A stretch of 64,000 bases of DNA from Negaprion brevirostris (Eukaryota), in NCBI GenBank assembly GCA_030324005.1, contig JARDVH010000099.1, positions 51,816,436 to 51,880,435 of the forward strand. The letters run 5' to 3'. Positions 38,979 through 48,694 of this stretch are shown piece after piece. The notes under the pieces are model-generated. The model searched no databases. It was not told the origin of the DNA and saw nothing but the letters and a program-made list of their open reading frames with translations. Every line of letters starts with the position of its first letter. The first letter of the stretch is position 1. The position numbers were made by a program, and so were the translations under genes.

Positions 38979-39351
38979 ATGCCTGTACCTTATCCTAATC
39001 ATCTCCTGTTTGAATATTTCTTAACATCAAATAAAGCTTGCTCTCCCTTTTGTTAAATTCAAACACAACTGGATTATTTTATTCTTTACCTCCTGGGCAT
39101 CGTGGCAGGGAGGATGGCGCACCAATAACAGAACCGGCTGGATATTCTCTCCATTGAAACAAACACCTACCCAATGAATAAATACTTGCAGCATAAATTG
39201 AAATTGAATGTATGTAGAATATACTGTTTATGTGACATCTCAGAGAAATTAAATAACTTTTTACTTCCTATTGTAATAAGGAGATATTCAATAACCTTCA
39301 AGCAGGAACTAAATAGTTGTTGTAGATGTGCTGCCTAACTGCTATCTCCAT
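38962..39351 (-). pseudogene. Array ORF B (short capsid-like paralogue)
   Basis: MEIAVRQHIYNNYLVPA*RLLNISLLQ*EVKSYLISLRCHINSIFYIHSISIYAASIYSLGRCLFQWREYPAGSVIGAPSSLPRCPGGKE*NNPVVFEFNKRESKLYLMLRNIQTGDD*DKVQAYVHKK*. NPVVF...ESKLYLML resembles geminivirus CP NSHVTY...ENALLLYM. Confidence 0.5.
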
Positions 39352-39449
39352 TCCTTTCCCAATTCTGCAAATTAAGCTCTCCCTGTGACTGGATTAAATG
39401 CCTTCAGTAAATCCTATGCATATGCTGCAGGCTATTACTGGAATTAATT

Positions 39450-40066
39450 AAGTATTCAAATGTTGGAAATAAGTTGTCCTTTCTCCATGTTCCTTATTTC
39501 AAAAGATATCAGGAAAATAATCATGATCACTTAGGGCCCTACATTCATAGAATCCCTACAGTACAGAAGGAGGCCATTCAGCCCATCAAGTCTGTACTGA
39601 CCACATCCACCCAGGCCCTATTCCACACATTTACCCTGCTAATCCCCAACACTACAATCAATTTAGCACAGCCAATCAACCTAACTAGCACATCATCTTC
39701 AAAAGAAAATAGGAAAAATATATATTTTGCATCATAATTAATAAACAGCAAACAAAATATGCAGTCCTGAATGACACTTCATGATAATTTTTTTTAGCAG
39801 AATGATCCTTTAATGTTTCTAAAGGGCTGATAATCATAACTCAGTTTAAATATCAAAATATCTGTAAATCTAGTTATGGAGTGTGCATATTTTATAACAA
39901 GTGACTCAACAGGAAAAAATGTACAGACAAGGGACTGCACATGCTGGTAACTTATGTTAAGCAGAGAGTGCCAAACTTTGGTAAGAGAATAATCTCTCAC
40001 TTCTTATTTGAAAATCTTATTTGCTGCCGTTTACCCAACCACTCTGCCAATTTCTCACTGAGGCAT
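39450..40066 (-). pseudogene. Array ORF A (beta-rich, possible capsid-like paralogue)
   Basis: One frame from ATG 40066: MPQ*EIGRVVG*TAANKIFK*EVRDYSLTKVWHSLLNISYQHVQSLVCTFFPVESLVIKYAHSITRFTDILIFKLSYDYQPFRNIKGSFC*KKLS*SVIQDCIFCLLFINYDAKYIFFLFSFEDD, then a SINE at ~39546-39690. LLNIS...V.S is shared with ORF B. Confidence 0.45.
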
Positions 40067-40084
40067 CTTCAATGCTTTCCTACC

Positions 40085-43000
40085 TCAGAAGGGTCCAGTG
40101 GGGCAAATTTTTCACATACAAGATAGTGAGTGTTTGGAACGAGCTGCCAGAGGAAATAATAGACACAGGTACAATTTTGTCTTTTAAAATGCATTCAGAC
40201 AGTTATAGGGATAAGATTTGTGTAGAGAGATATGGGCCAAACACGGGCAATTAGGATTAGCTTAACTGTAAAAATTGGGAGGCATAGACGTGTTGAGCTG
40301 AAGGACCTGTTTCCATTCTGTAAACCTCTATGACTCAGCCTCTGCAACAAGCAACCTCTCAACATCCCAATGATCTCTCCCTCTCTGCTCTGAGTTCACC
40401 GTCCTTCTATCCTCCCTTAGTCACTCTCCATGCAAACTCCACAACCCATATTCTTGGCCATTCCCCTCAATGGTACCATCTTGCATGGACCTGCTAATCC
40501 CATTGTATCAGTCACACAAAAAATTCACTTACAAAATCCCATTGTCTAGGTTTTGGCCCTCCATTTGCTATAACACTTCTGCATCCCATGTGGTCAATCG
40601 TACCCTCATCTCCGCCTTAAATGTCCTAGTCCCCACTATTCCAGATGATGTCACCCAAGCCATTCCCCTAGTGTAGTCCTTTTTTATATTCATTCATGGA
40701 ACATGGGCACCATTGGCTGGCCAGCATTTATTGCCCATCCCTAGTTGCCCTTGGAGGACGGTTGTGTGTCAACCACATTACTGTGGCTCTGGAGTCACAT
40801 TTAGGCCAGACCAAGTAAGAATGGCAGATTTCCTTCCCTAAAGGACATAGCAATCCAGATGGGTTTTTCCGACAATCAGCAATGATTTCATGGTCATCAG
40901 TAGAATCTTAATTCCAGATAGTTTTTTTAAATTAAATTCAAATTCTGCCATTTGCTGTGGTGGGATTTGAAACCAAGTTCCCAGAACATTAGCTAAGTTT
41001 CTGGATTAATATTCCAGCAATAATACCACTAGGCCATTGCCTTCCCTAAACCCATGCAGCTCCCTTAAGCCCATGGGGTGCTAATTTGGACAGTTATGGT
41101 AGACAACTGGTTCAGCATTCACCACCAGATCTGCCTAAACCACATAAAGCATCATCAGGTCCTACCCTTATCTATCAAAACTGCTCTCTTTTCAAAAACA
41201 ATTTATCCTGCATCTGTAGTGTAGTAAAATCTCCCAAGGTGCATCGCAGGAATGAAGTTGAAGGCACAGCCAAGAATGATGCAGCAATTAAAATTGCACT
41301 GTGCAAGATGTCAGAATTAGATAAGCTCTGATAACCCAGAGGACTGTGAGGCTGGAGGAGAGTGCAGAGATAGGGAGGCTGGAGGAGAGCGCAGAGATAA
41401 GGAGGCTGGAGGAGAGTGCAGAGATAGGGTGGCTGGAGGACAGTGCAGACATAAGGAGGCTGGAAGGGAGTGTAGAGATAGGGTGGCTGGAGCAGAGTAC
41501 AGAGATAGGGAGGCTGGGGGAGAGTGTAGAGATTGGGAGGCTGGAGGAGAATGTAGAGACAGGGTGGCTGGGGGAGAGTGTAGAGATAGGGAGGTTGGAG
41601 GAGAGTGCAGAGATAGGGCTAGAGGAGAGTGTAGTGATAGGGAGACTGGGGGAGAATGTAGAGATAGGGAGGCTGGGGGAGAGTGTAAAGATAGGGAGGC
41701 TGGAGGTGAGTGCAGAAATGGGGAGGTCCTGGAGGGATTTTAATACAAGGATGAGAATGTTAAAATCAAGCTATTGCTTGATCCGAGCCAACGTAAGTCA
41801 GTGAGCACATGGGTTAGTTAGACAAGACTTAGCATATCGCGACATGGGCAGCACAGTTTAAGATGACATCAATGTGACAGAAGGTAGAATGTAGAAAGAC
41901 AGCCATGATTGCATGGGAACTGTCAGATCTAATGGTAACAAATGCATGATTGAGGGTGTTGACTGTGGATGGGCTGAAGCGGGGCAAGGTTGGGAATAAG
42001 CAGTCTTGGTAAGATATGTGGTCGGGAGTTCATCATGGGTTAAATATGGAACCAACATGATGAACAATTTGGTTCAGATAGGAGAGAGTGAGAGAGACTG
42101 ATAGAGTCAGTTGCTAGGAAACAAAGTTTGGAGCAAGAACTGAAGACAATAGCTCTGATTTTACCCGTACACTTGCCCGAGGCTCACAGAACAGCATTCT
42201 CCATTGGCCTTGGATACAAACTTATGAGCCTTGGCAACTATGCTAGGAAGATTCCGACCAAAATCTCAACCTTCCAAAAGTTTGTCTGGAGAAAATTCCT
42301 GCTTATCTAGTATTGAATTTTGGACAAGCAATTTGATAACTTAGCAACAGCGGACGAGTCAACTGAGGTGGTGGTGAAATGGAGCTGGATGTCATCAACA
42401 TACATGTGAAAACAAACACTGAACTTCCAAATGATGTTACCAAGTGGCAGCATGTAGATGAGAAATAGGAGGAAGCCAAGGATAGATCCTTGGGGTGCAC
42501 TAGGTGTAACAATGCTGGAACAGGAGGAGAAATCTTTGCAAATAATTATCTGGCTATGGTTCAACAGATAAGAATGAGACTAGGTGAGTGCAATCTCATT
42601 TAACTGGATGATAGTGGAGAAAGGTTTGAGGTAGGATAATATGGCCAACCATGTCAAAAGTTGCAGAAAGTTTGAGAAGGACAAGGAGGGACAGTTTACC
42701 TCGGACACAGTCACATAGGATATAATTTGCAACACTGCAGGAACAGAAACCTGATTGGAGGGATTCAAATGTCGCTTTTCAGAAAGATGACCACCAATTT
42801 GGGATGTCCAAGTATTTTGGGCAGAGACGGTAGTTCGGAGACAGGGAGGCAGTTTGTATGGATAGTGGATCAAAGGTTTTTGGGTAGAGAGGTGATGACA
42901 ACAAATTTAAAGGAGAAGGGGTTCTGCATCAAAAGAGAGAAAATGAATAATGATATCACCTTACAAGAGGACAAAGGGGGGAAACCCTTGGTCAGCAGTT

Positions 43001-43400
43001 TTGTGGGAATAGGGTTGGGAGAGCAGGAGGTTGGTTTAATGGACCATGGATTGAGCTCAGAAAAGGCATGAAAGAAGACAGAAGAAAAACTGAAAAAAGC
43101 ATCAAGTTCAGAACTAGGACAGAGGAAAACTTCAGAGGAAGTTTGGTGAGCGAGTAGTGTGGAACCGGATGGCAGAGAAAGATGATTGTGATCTTAATGA
43201 AAAATAATTCTTTTGATTTTCTTGCAGTTAATAGTGGAAGTGACAGTGGAGAAGACAGGGCAGATGGTTTGCAGTAGAAATAAGAAGCCAGGGTTACTTT
43301 TGCATTTCAAGGTTATCAAGGAAAAATGAGCACTTTAACAGATGGGTGCAATACTGGTATTTGTATTCCAGCAAGATTTGGCAGTGAATAATCATTCCGG
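40085..43400. mobile_element. LINE pile-up: CR1 tails, L2 (+, ~40335-41190) and L2 (-, ~41195-43400)
   Basis: Minus-strand PQGSILGFLLFLIYMLPLGNII..FHMYVDDIQL (42307-42564) is the L2 RT signature; CR1 3' ends at ~40085-40335 and ~40685-41045. Confidence 0.8.
41347..41730 (+). repeat. 27-bp purine-rich minisatellite (~14 copies)
   Basis: Unit approximately GGCTGGAGGAGAGTGYAGAGATAGGGA; reads as (RLEESAEIG)n. Confidence 0.9.
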
Positions 43401-43416
43401 CAGGGAAGGAGTCCAC

Positions 43417-44870
43417 TAAAGGAAGTTTCCCAATCCTGCAGAATATCTCGGAACTTGTGGCAGCCCAAACAACTTTAGTGACATCAAGATATCAGAAACA
43501 GTTTCAAAGATATTGGTAGCTTCCTGGCAGCAAACAATGCTGTCAAACAGATTGAAGGAAACCACTTACACAGTGCTTTCAGGTCCTGACTGGGACCATT
43601 TGTTCTGTACTAACACCAACCAGTACCTCTGCTAATCCAGGGACCAGCAAATGTTATTGTGGGAGCTACAACAGTGAGTGAGTTTCAGAAACAGCAATCT
43701 CTGCCAGTGCAAGAGGGCAACTTTCAGAAGCTGCTTTAAGCTGATTTAAGAATCTTTAAAGCTGCAGGCTTTAGGTCAAGGTTTTGGAAATAATACAGAG
43801 GGGGTTTGTTGTAACAGTACCAAGATTGAGAGACTTTAGTTCTGTGAAGAGGCTGGAGAAGTAGGACTTTCCCTCCTTAGAGTAGAGAAGATTAAGGGGA
43901 TATTGAATAAAGGTATCAAAAATTCAAGAGTCTTGATGGAGCAAATGAGGAGAAGTAATATCCATTGGCAGAAAGGTTGGTATGTAAAGGACACAATTTA
44001 AAATGATTGACAAAGAGTTAAGAGGAGGAGGTGAGAAGGAATTTTTTAACAAAATGAATGGTTACAATCTGGAACAGGTCTGCTTGAAAAGTTGATCTAA
44101 TAACAATTTACAGAAGGCAATTTGATATCTACTTAAAAAAGGAAACAAGTTGCAAACATAAGGAGAAAGACCAGGGAATTGGGACAAATTGGTGGATCTT
44201 TAAAAGTGCCAGCAGAGGCACAATTTGTCGACTGGACTCATTCTGTCCTGTGCGACTCTATTCACCTCTTTCATTGGTGTGCTGATACTTTTAAATCCTT
44301 TTCATTATTAAATTCACTGACTTCATGTTTGACCTCTAGTAAAATATTCATTTTATGTGCAGCTGCAAAATGCTGCCTGATTTCATTATTAGTCACGTGA
44401 AAAAAAAGACATTTTTATCTCACTCCCAGTTTGCCATTTTCACATCTTTTTTTTGGAGGGCTCAAGTCTCCAGAGCTGTGTTAAACACAGACGAATAGTT
44501 ATTTGGCACTTCCTTCTGTCATCGCACCATTTTGTATTCAAATATACCATTTTCTTTGCAAAAAAATTTGTGACATCTTACTATGTGATATTTTTGTATA
44601 TTAAAACTTTCTACTTTCAGCCACAGCAAAATGTACTGATTCTTATAATGATTGTTTGCTGGTTTTTGTAACTCAGCCTAAAACAGCCCACAGCATTTTC
44701 AGGAACCTTTAAATGTAAAAGAGTTCCATGGCAAGTCAAAAGCAACATCAAGGTGAGGTCTCTCAGTGAGAAACAGCAGGGATCAGCCTACCAGTTGCTG
44801 AGTTAGCAGTATGCAATGTTTCCAATAGTAAGGTTTAAAAAAAGAAGTGGAAATATAATTTATCCATGTG
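43417..44870 (+). pseudogene. Decayed DIRS-type tyrosine recombinase, interrupted by CR1 (~43790-44260)
   Basis: Ordered DIRS-YR-like motifs: ISETVSKILVASW; TTY/SAFRS*; SYN..TAISA..GQ..S*F..IFK; after the CR1, FHWCAD..LT..LTSSKIFILCAAAKCCLISLL (cf. WD..LTxKxxxLLALxxxxRxSEL, catalytic Arg position mutated); later LLVFVTQP and AGISL..SNSKV. The overlapping upstream frame PILQNISELVAA..RYW* resembles the end of DIRS ORF2. Confidence 0.6.
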
Positions 44871-46934
44871 GTAATTTATGCATGGCGCCATGAATGTGTG
44901 CTTATGATTGAAATTTATTTTGTCACACAAATCTAGCAAGTAGTGATTAATTTTTTAAAAATGTCAAAAGCATGGTCTCAAATAAATTGCAGACAAAGCC
45001 AGTCCCCCCTCAACAATGTAATAAACAGTAAGAAATCTGAGCATATCACGGCTGCCCTATTAGCATATTTTTTTTCACTTACATGCAAAGTTAAGTCCAA
45101 GGAAATTGATACGCTCACTGTTCTGCTTTACATACTGGAATTGCATTACCTAGAATTGCTTATCATTATTGCAAGAATGCACAAAGGGAAGTAATCAGAG
45201 GATGGAGAATTACTTTTCACTCCAGTTGTTTCACTCCTTTTTAGTAACACAGACATTCCAAAGCATATTTGGAATTGGAATTGAAATTGTTCCAGTTTCA
45301 GTAATTAAAAAGAAGCACTGTACAAGTACAAAGTTAACAAGTTTCAAGCCAAACCAGAGATGAGAAGAAGCTATTTTTCCCCCTCAGCCTAGTTGACATG
45401 AGAAAAACAGATCTATTCAAAAATGAATTGGATAAATGATGTGGTTAGAAATGGGAATTTAAGTTATTATGAACGTAGATAATCAAATACTTGATGGAAC
45501 GCAGTGGTTCCTGTGCTACTTTAACTGAAGAAATGTCATCTGGAAAACAGCTAGCCAGGGTTGAACAATGGATACTGATTACAGAGATTTTCAAGAATTC
45601 CACTTGATTAATTTTGGGGACCAGGGAGCACTTGCACAAAACTTTGCCTCAGGAGATTAAACAGATGGGCTAGAGTCCACGAAAAGGTAGATCACACGCA
45701 ATCTCCGAAAAGAACATGTTTGATGGCTTAATATGGTGTTATGACTTAAGTACATCCAATGTATTGCTTCTTGCAACAAAAGCATATCTAGAGAATTTGT
45801 GGCCTGTACAATTTTTCAACCATTAAAATGATCGGTGTACATTAATTCTTAATATGTGCTTCAATGCATGAACTGCTGCGCCCATAATGCTAAGTCACAA
45901 AATGTGCTCCAGTCCTATTTCCTTGTCTTCTCAAAATAGAATTGGGCAAACCTCTTTATATTAGAAAAGGAAGGAACACTAAGAATGGTATACTATATTG
46001 TCAAAATGACACAACACAAGTGATAGTAAGATCCACTTCAAATAGATATACAGCATCACATGGTACATTTGTTCCAAATCTAAAACAAGTGTAGAAATAC
46101 TCAGTTGTTGAGACAGTGCCCTTAAAGAGATTGAACATTGCTGGATATAATTACAAAAACTGCATTTCATCAGAATAAGTCGCAATACAATATAAAATTG
46201 CTGTAAGTAGCAGTGCAAAACTGGGAAGAGGAATTTTTGTTTTCTTTCTCCCCCCTCTGCAATGGAGTATCCTTTTCAATTAACTGATGCATAAAACTTT
46301 TATAAACCCGGTAATTGGAAGGCTCCTAATATAACTGCATTCACAAGCAGTTTCAAATTCCTCGCCATCCACAGAAACAAATGTGACTAAAAAGGTCAAA
46401 CTTAACCTCTTTCATTTAACAAAGGAAGCTAATAACTCTTCTTTATGTAAAGTAAAAAGCATGATGTTCTGTGACAAAAAATGATATAATTTTCAAAAAT
46501 CTCACTGAGCACATCCATCTTGCTGGAAATATTTTTCTCTTTGTTTCACAGAGCTTTGCTGCACCTGAGGAAAGAGGACTTTACTGTGGACCCAGGAATG
46601 AGATCCAAATGTCAGATCCAGTTACATTTCACAATTGAGGCTTGATCTTTGGGCAGCCATAGTTTAGCCCTTACAGAATTAACATCCGTAATTGCTTATC
46701 ATTAAGCAGAACTGGATTTCTGAATCCTGGAGTTAATGAAATAAAGCATTTTTCTCCCTCATTGAAGTTAACGGATTTGTTACAAGCTGATGCTAGGGTG
46801 CCTGATATTTCTTTTGATTGCCCTATACCACATTTGACTAAGTGTATCTTGTGGCCAAGAGATTTAGTGTAGAAATTCAGCCTCTCGTGCCAAAATATGC
46901 CTGAGAGTCTTTTAGCAGTTGGGCTGCCCAATTC

Positions 46935-47270
46935 ACGGTGGGACAGTGATTAGCGCTGCTGCCTCACACCTCCAGGGGCATGGGTTTGATTCTCGGCTTT
47001 GGTCACTGTCTGTGTGGAGTTTGCACATTCTCCCCGTGTCTGCGTGGGTTTCCTCTGGGTGCTCCGGTTTCCTCGTACAGTCCAAAGATGTGTGGGTTAG
47101 GTCAATTGGCCACGCTAAATTGCCCCTTAGTGTCCCGGGATGCATAGGTTAGAGGGGTTAGCAGTGTAAATATGTGAGGTTATGGGGATAGAGCCTGGGT
47201 GGTTTTGTTGTCAGTGCAGACTTGATGGGCTGAACGGCCTCCATCTACACTGTAGAGATTCTATTCTATG
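46935..47270 (+). mobile_element. HE1-type SINE (full length)
   Basis: Head, V-domain core and gattctattctatg tail. Confidence 0.88.
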
Positions 47271-47788
47271 AGAAGGCACATGACTGGACTAAAATTAGTC
47301 ATAGGATTTCATTTCAGTAATTTAGGCAAACTGATAGTGCCTTCATAGGCAGCACGCCCACTTGAGGAATTGAATATTGGGTCACAAGGCTTGCAGGTAG
47401 CAGCCTGATGTCTGGATACATTCACATTTTCAGTTAACATGAAACTCAACCAGAGATCTTCTTGTATTTCATTTCACCTGCCGTCATAAAGTGAATTAGT
47501 GGCCATGAGATTAATTTGCTAATGTCTGTACCAAATCATCATCAATAATATAGATTTACAATGATTCACATTTATGCAACACCCTGAATTACAAGAAAGT
47601 CAATAAATTTTTGAAATGAATCATTTGTTTGATATAAAAGACACAAACATATTTTAATTTTTTTCTCCGCCAATAAGACAGCAATCACCTCCTCCTTATG
47701 GAAGCCTTTAATTTTGATGATAAATGTTCCTATTTGACATGCTGTGCACTTTATGGGAGCTGCACAAATTACACGTATTTTTTTTTAC

Positions 47789-47954
47789 CTGAACTGCCAG
47801 ATGAGTCCATTTGTCGGAGTGGATTCTTCCGCATGTATTCACCACTACTGGTAGTTGCAAGCCAGATGATGTGCGGTAATAAAACATAGATCCTCTTTCT
47901 GATACGGTTAGCCTAAAAACTGTTTGATTATTGGTACCTTTCTCGATAACGGTC
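47789..47954 (-). CDS. USH2A: Usherin internal coding exon (equivalent to human exon 3; N-terminal laminin G-like domain)
   Basis: Minus strand: polypyrimidine acceptor ttgtttttctttag|G at 47954 and donor CAG|gtaaa at 47789; 166 bp, phase-2 start. Encodes TVIEKGTNNQTVFRLTVSERGSMFYYRTSSGLQLPVVVNTCGRIHSDKWTHLAVQ, which aligns with human usherin CVIEKTVDGQIVFKLTISEKETMFYYRTVNGLQPPIKVMTLGRILVKKWIHLSVQ (recalled); recalled exon length and phase also agree. Confidence 0.95.
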
Positions 47955-48219
47955 CTAAAGAAAAACAAATAGCATCAGTAAATATAATGGACCCTCCTAA
48001 GCATCAGTACTTTAATCCAGAAAATCTGAACAAATAGTGGATGCTGAACGCACTATATAGGTTTGGGGATGTGAAGAATGAAATTAGAGGAGTACGAACT
48101 CTGAACTAAACAGCAATATGTACACATACAGCATGATTTGGACTCTGACAAGAAGATTATTTTATTAGCTTTCTGAAATCTGGCTGATTTCTCAGTAAAA
48201 TGTGTCTATCAATGTCACC

Positions 48220-48522
48220 TCATAGAATCCCTACAGTACAGAAGGAGGCCATTTGGCCTGTCAAGCCTGCACCAACAACAATCCCACCCTTTCCCTTTAA
48301 CCCCAAATATTTACCCTATTAATCCTCCTGAAACTAAGGTCAATTTGACATAGCCAATCGACTTAACCCATACATCTTTGAGGTGTGGGAGGAAACTGGA
48401 GCACCCGGAGGAAACCCACGCAGGCACGGGGAAAACTCCATACAAACAGTGACCCAAGTCAGGAATCAAACCCAGGTCCCTGGTGCTGTGAGGCAGCAGT
48501 GCTAACCACTGTGCCACCATAC
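48220..48522 (-). mobile_element. HE1-type SINE
   Basis: Reverse-complement SINE from catagaatcccta to accactgtgccacc. Confidence 0.88.
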
Positions 48523-48694
48523 CGACCTGTTGACCTCGTTGTCAATACAATTCAGTTCAACTTCTCTACAGCAAAATGCCTAAACTGACCTTGAAGTGCT
48601 GTGATATATTCGATGACTTGAATATTTCAGGTTCTCACTTCCCACCACCCAAAGGATGGAAAGGGGAAGGTCCATTGGCAACTGGACCTGGGGA

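Larger units (their letters stand above)
26325..40066 (-). mobile_element. Ancient endogenous virus-like element: array of ~13 decayed jelly-roll capsid-like ORFs, riddled with later TE insertions
   Basis: Long single-frame translations interrupted mostly by TGA codons. Frames resume across SINE/LINE insertions. ORFs abut or overlap. Recurrent ordered motifs: K/Q-H-Y-x-L-x-F/Y; (V/L)-K/R-S-L-x-I; F/V-R-I-x-I/V; P-x-x-G-(F/I/L)-Y-(I/F/L); terminal beta strand. Confidence 0.75.
1..47788 (-). other. USH2A: USH2A intron downstream of this exon (>47 kb, next exon not found in window)
   Basis: GT donor at 47788-47787. I did not find the expected next exon (VHxTKISFFING...QIGQS) in the non-repetitive stretches; it could be hidden in an N-gap or missed by eye. 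Confidence 0.6.

Noticed and set aside
39941-40085. Plus-strand ORF as DIRS methyltransferase end
   Set aside because: Lacks DLFA/YAFPP-type motifs. It is simply the antisense frame of array ORF A.
41346-41804. 152-aa repetitive protein or CRISPR-like array
   Set aside because: Head-to-tail minisatellite with no spacers, in eukaryotic LINE context.
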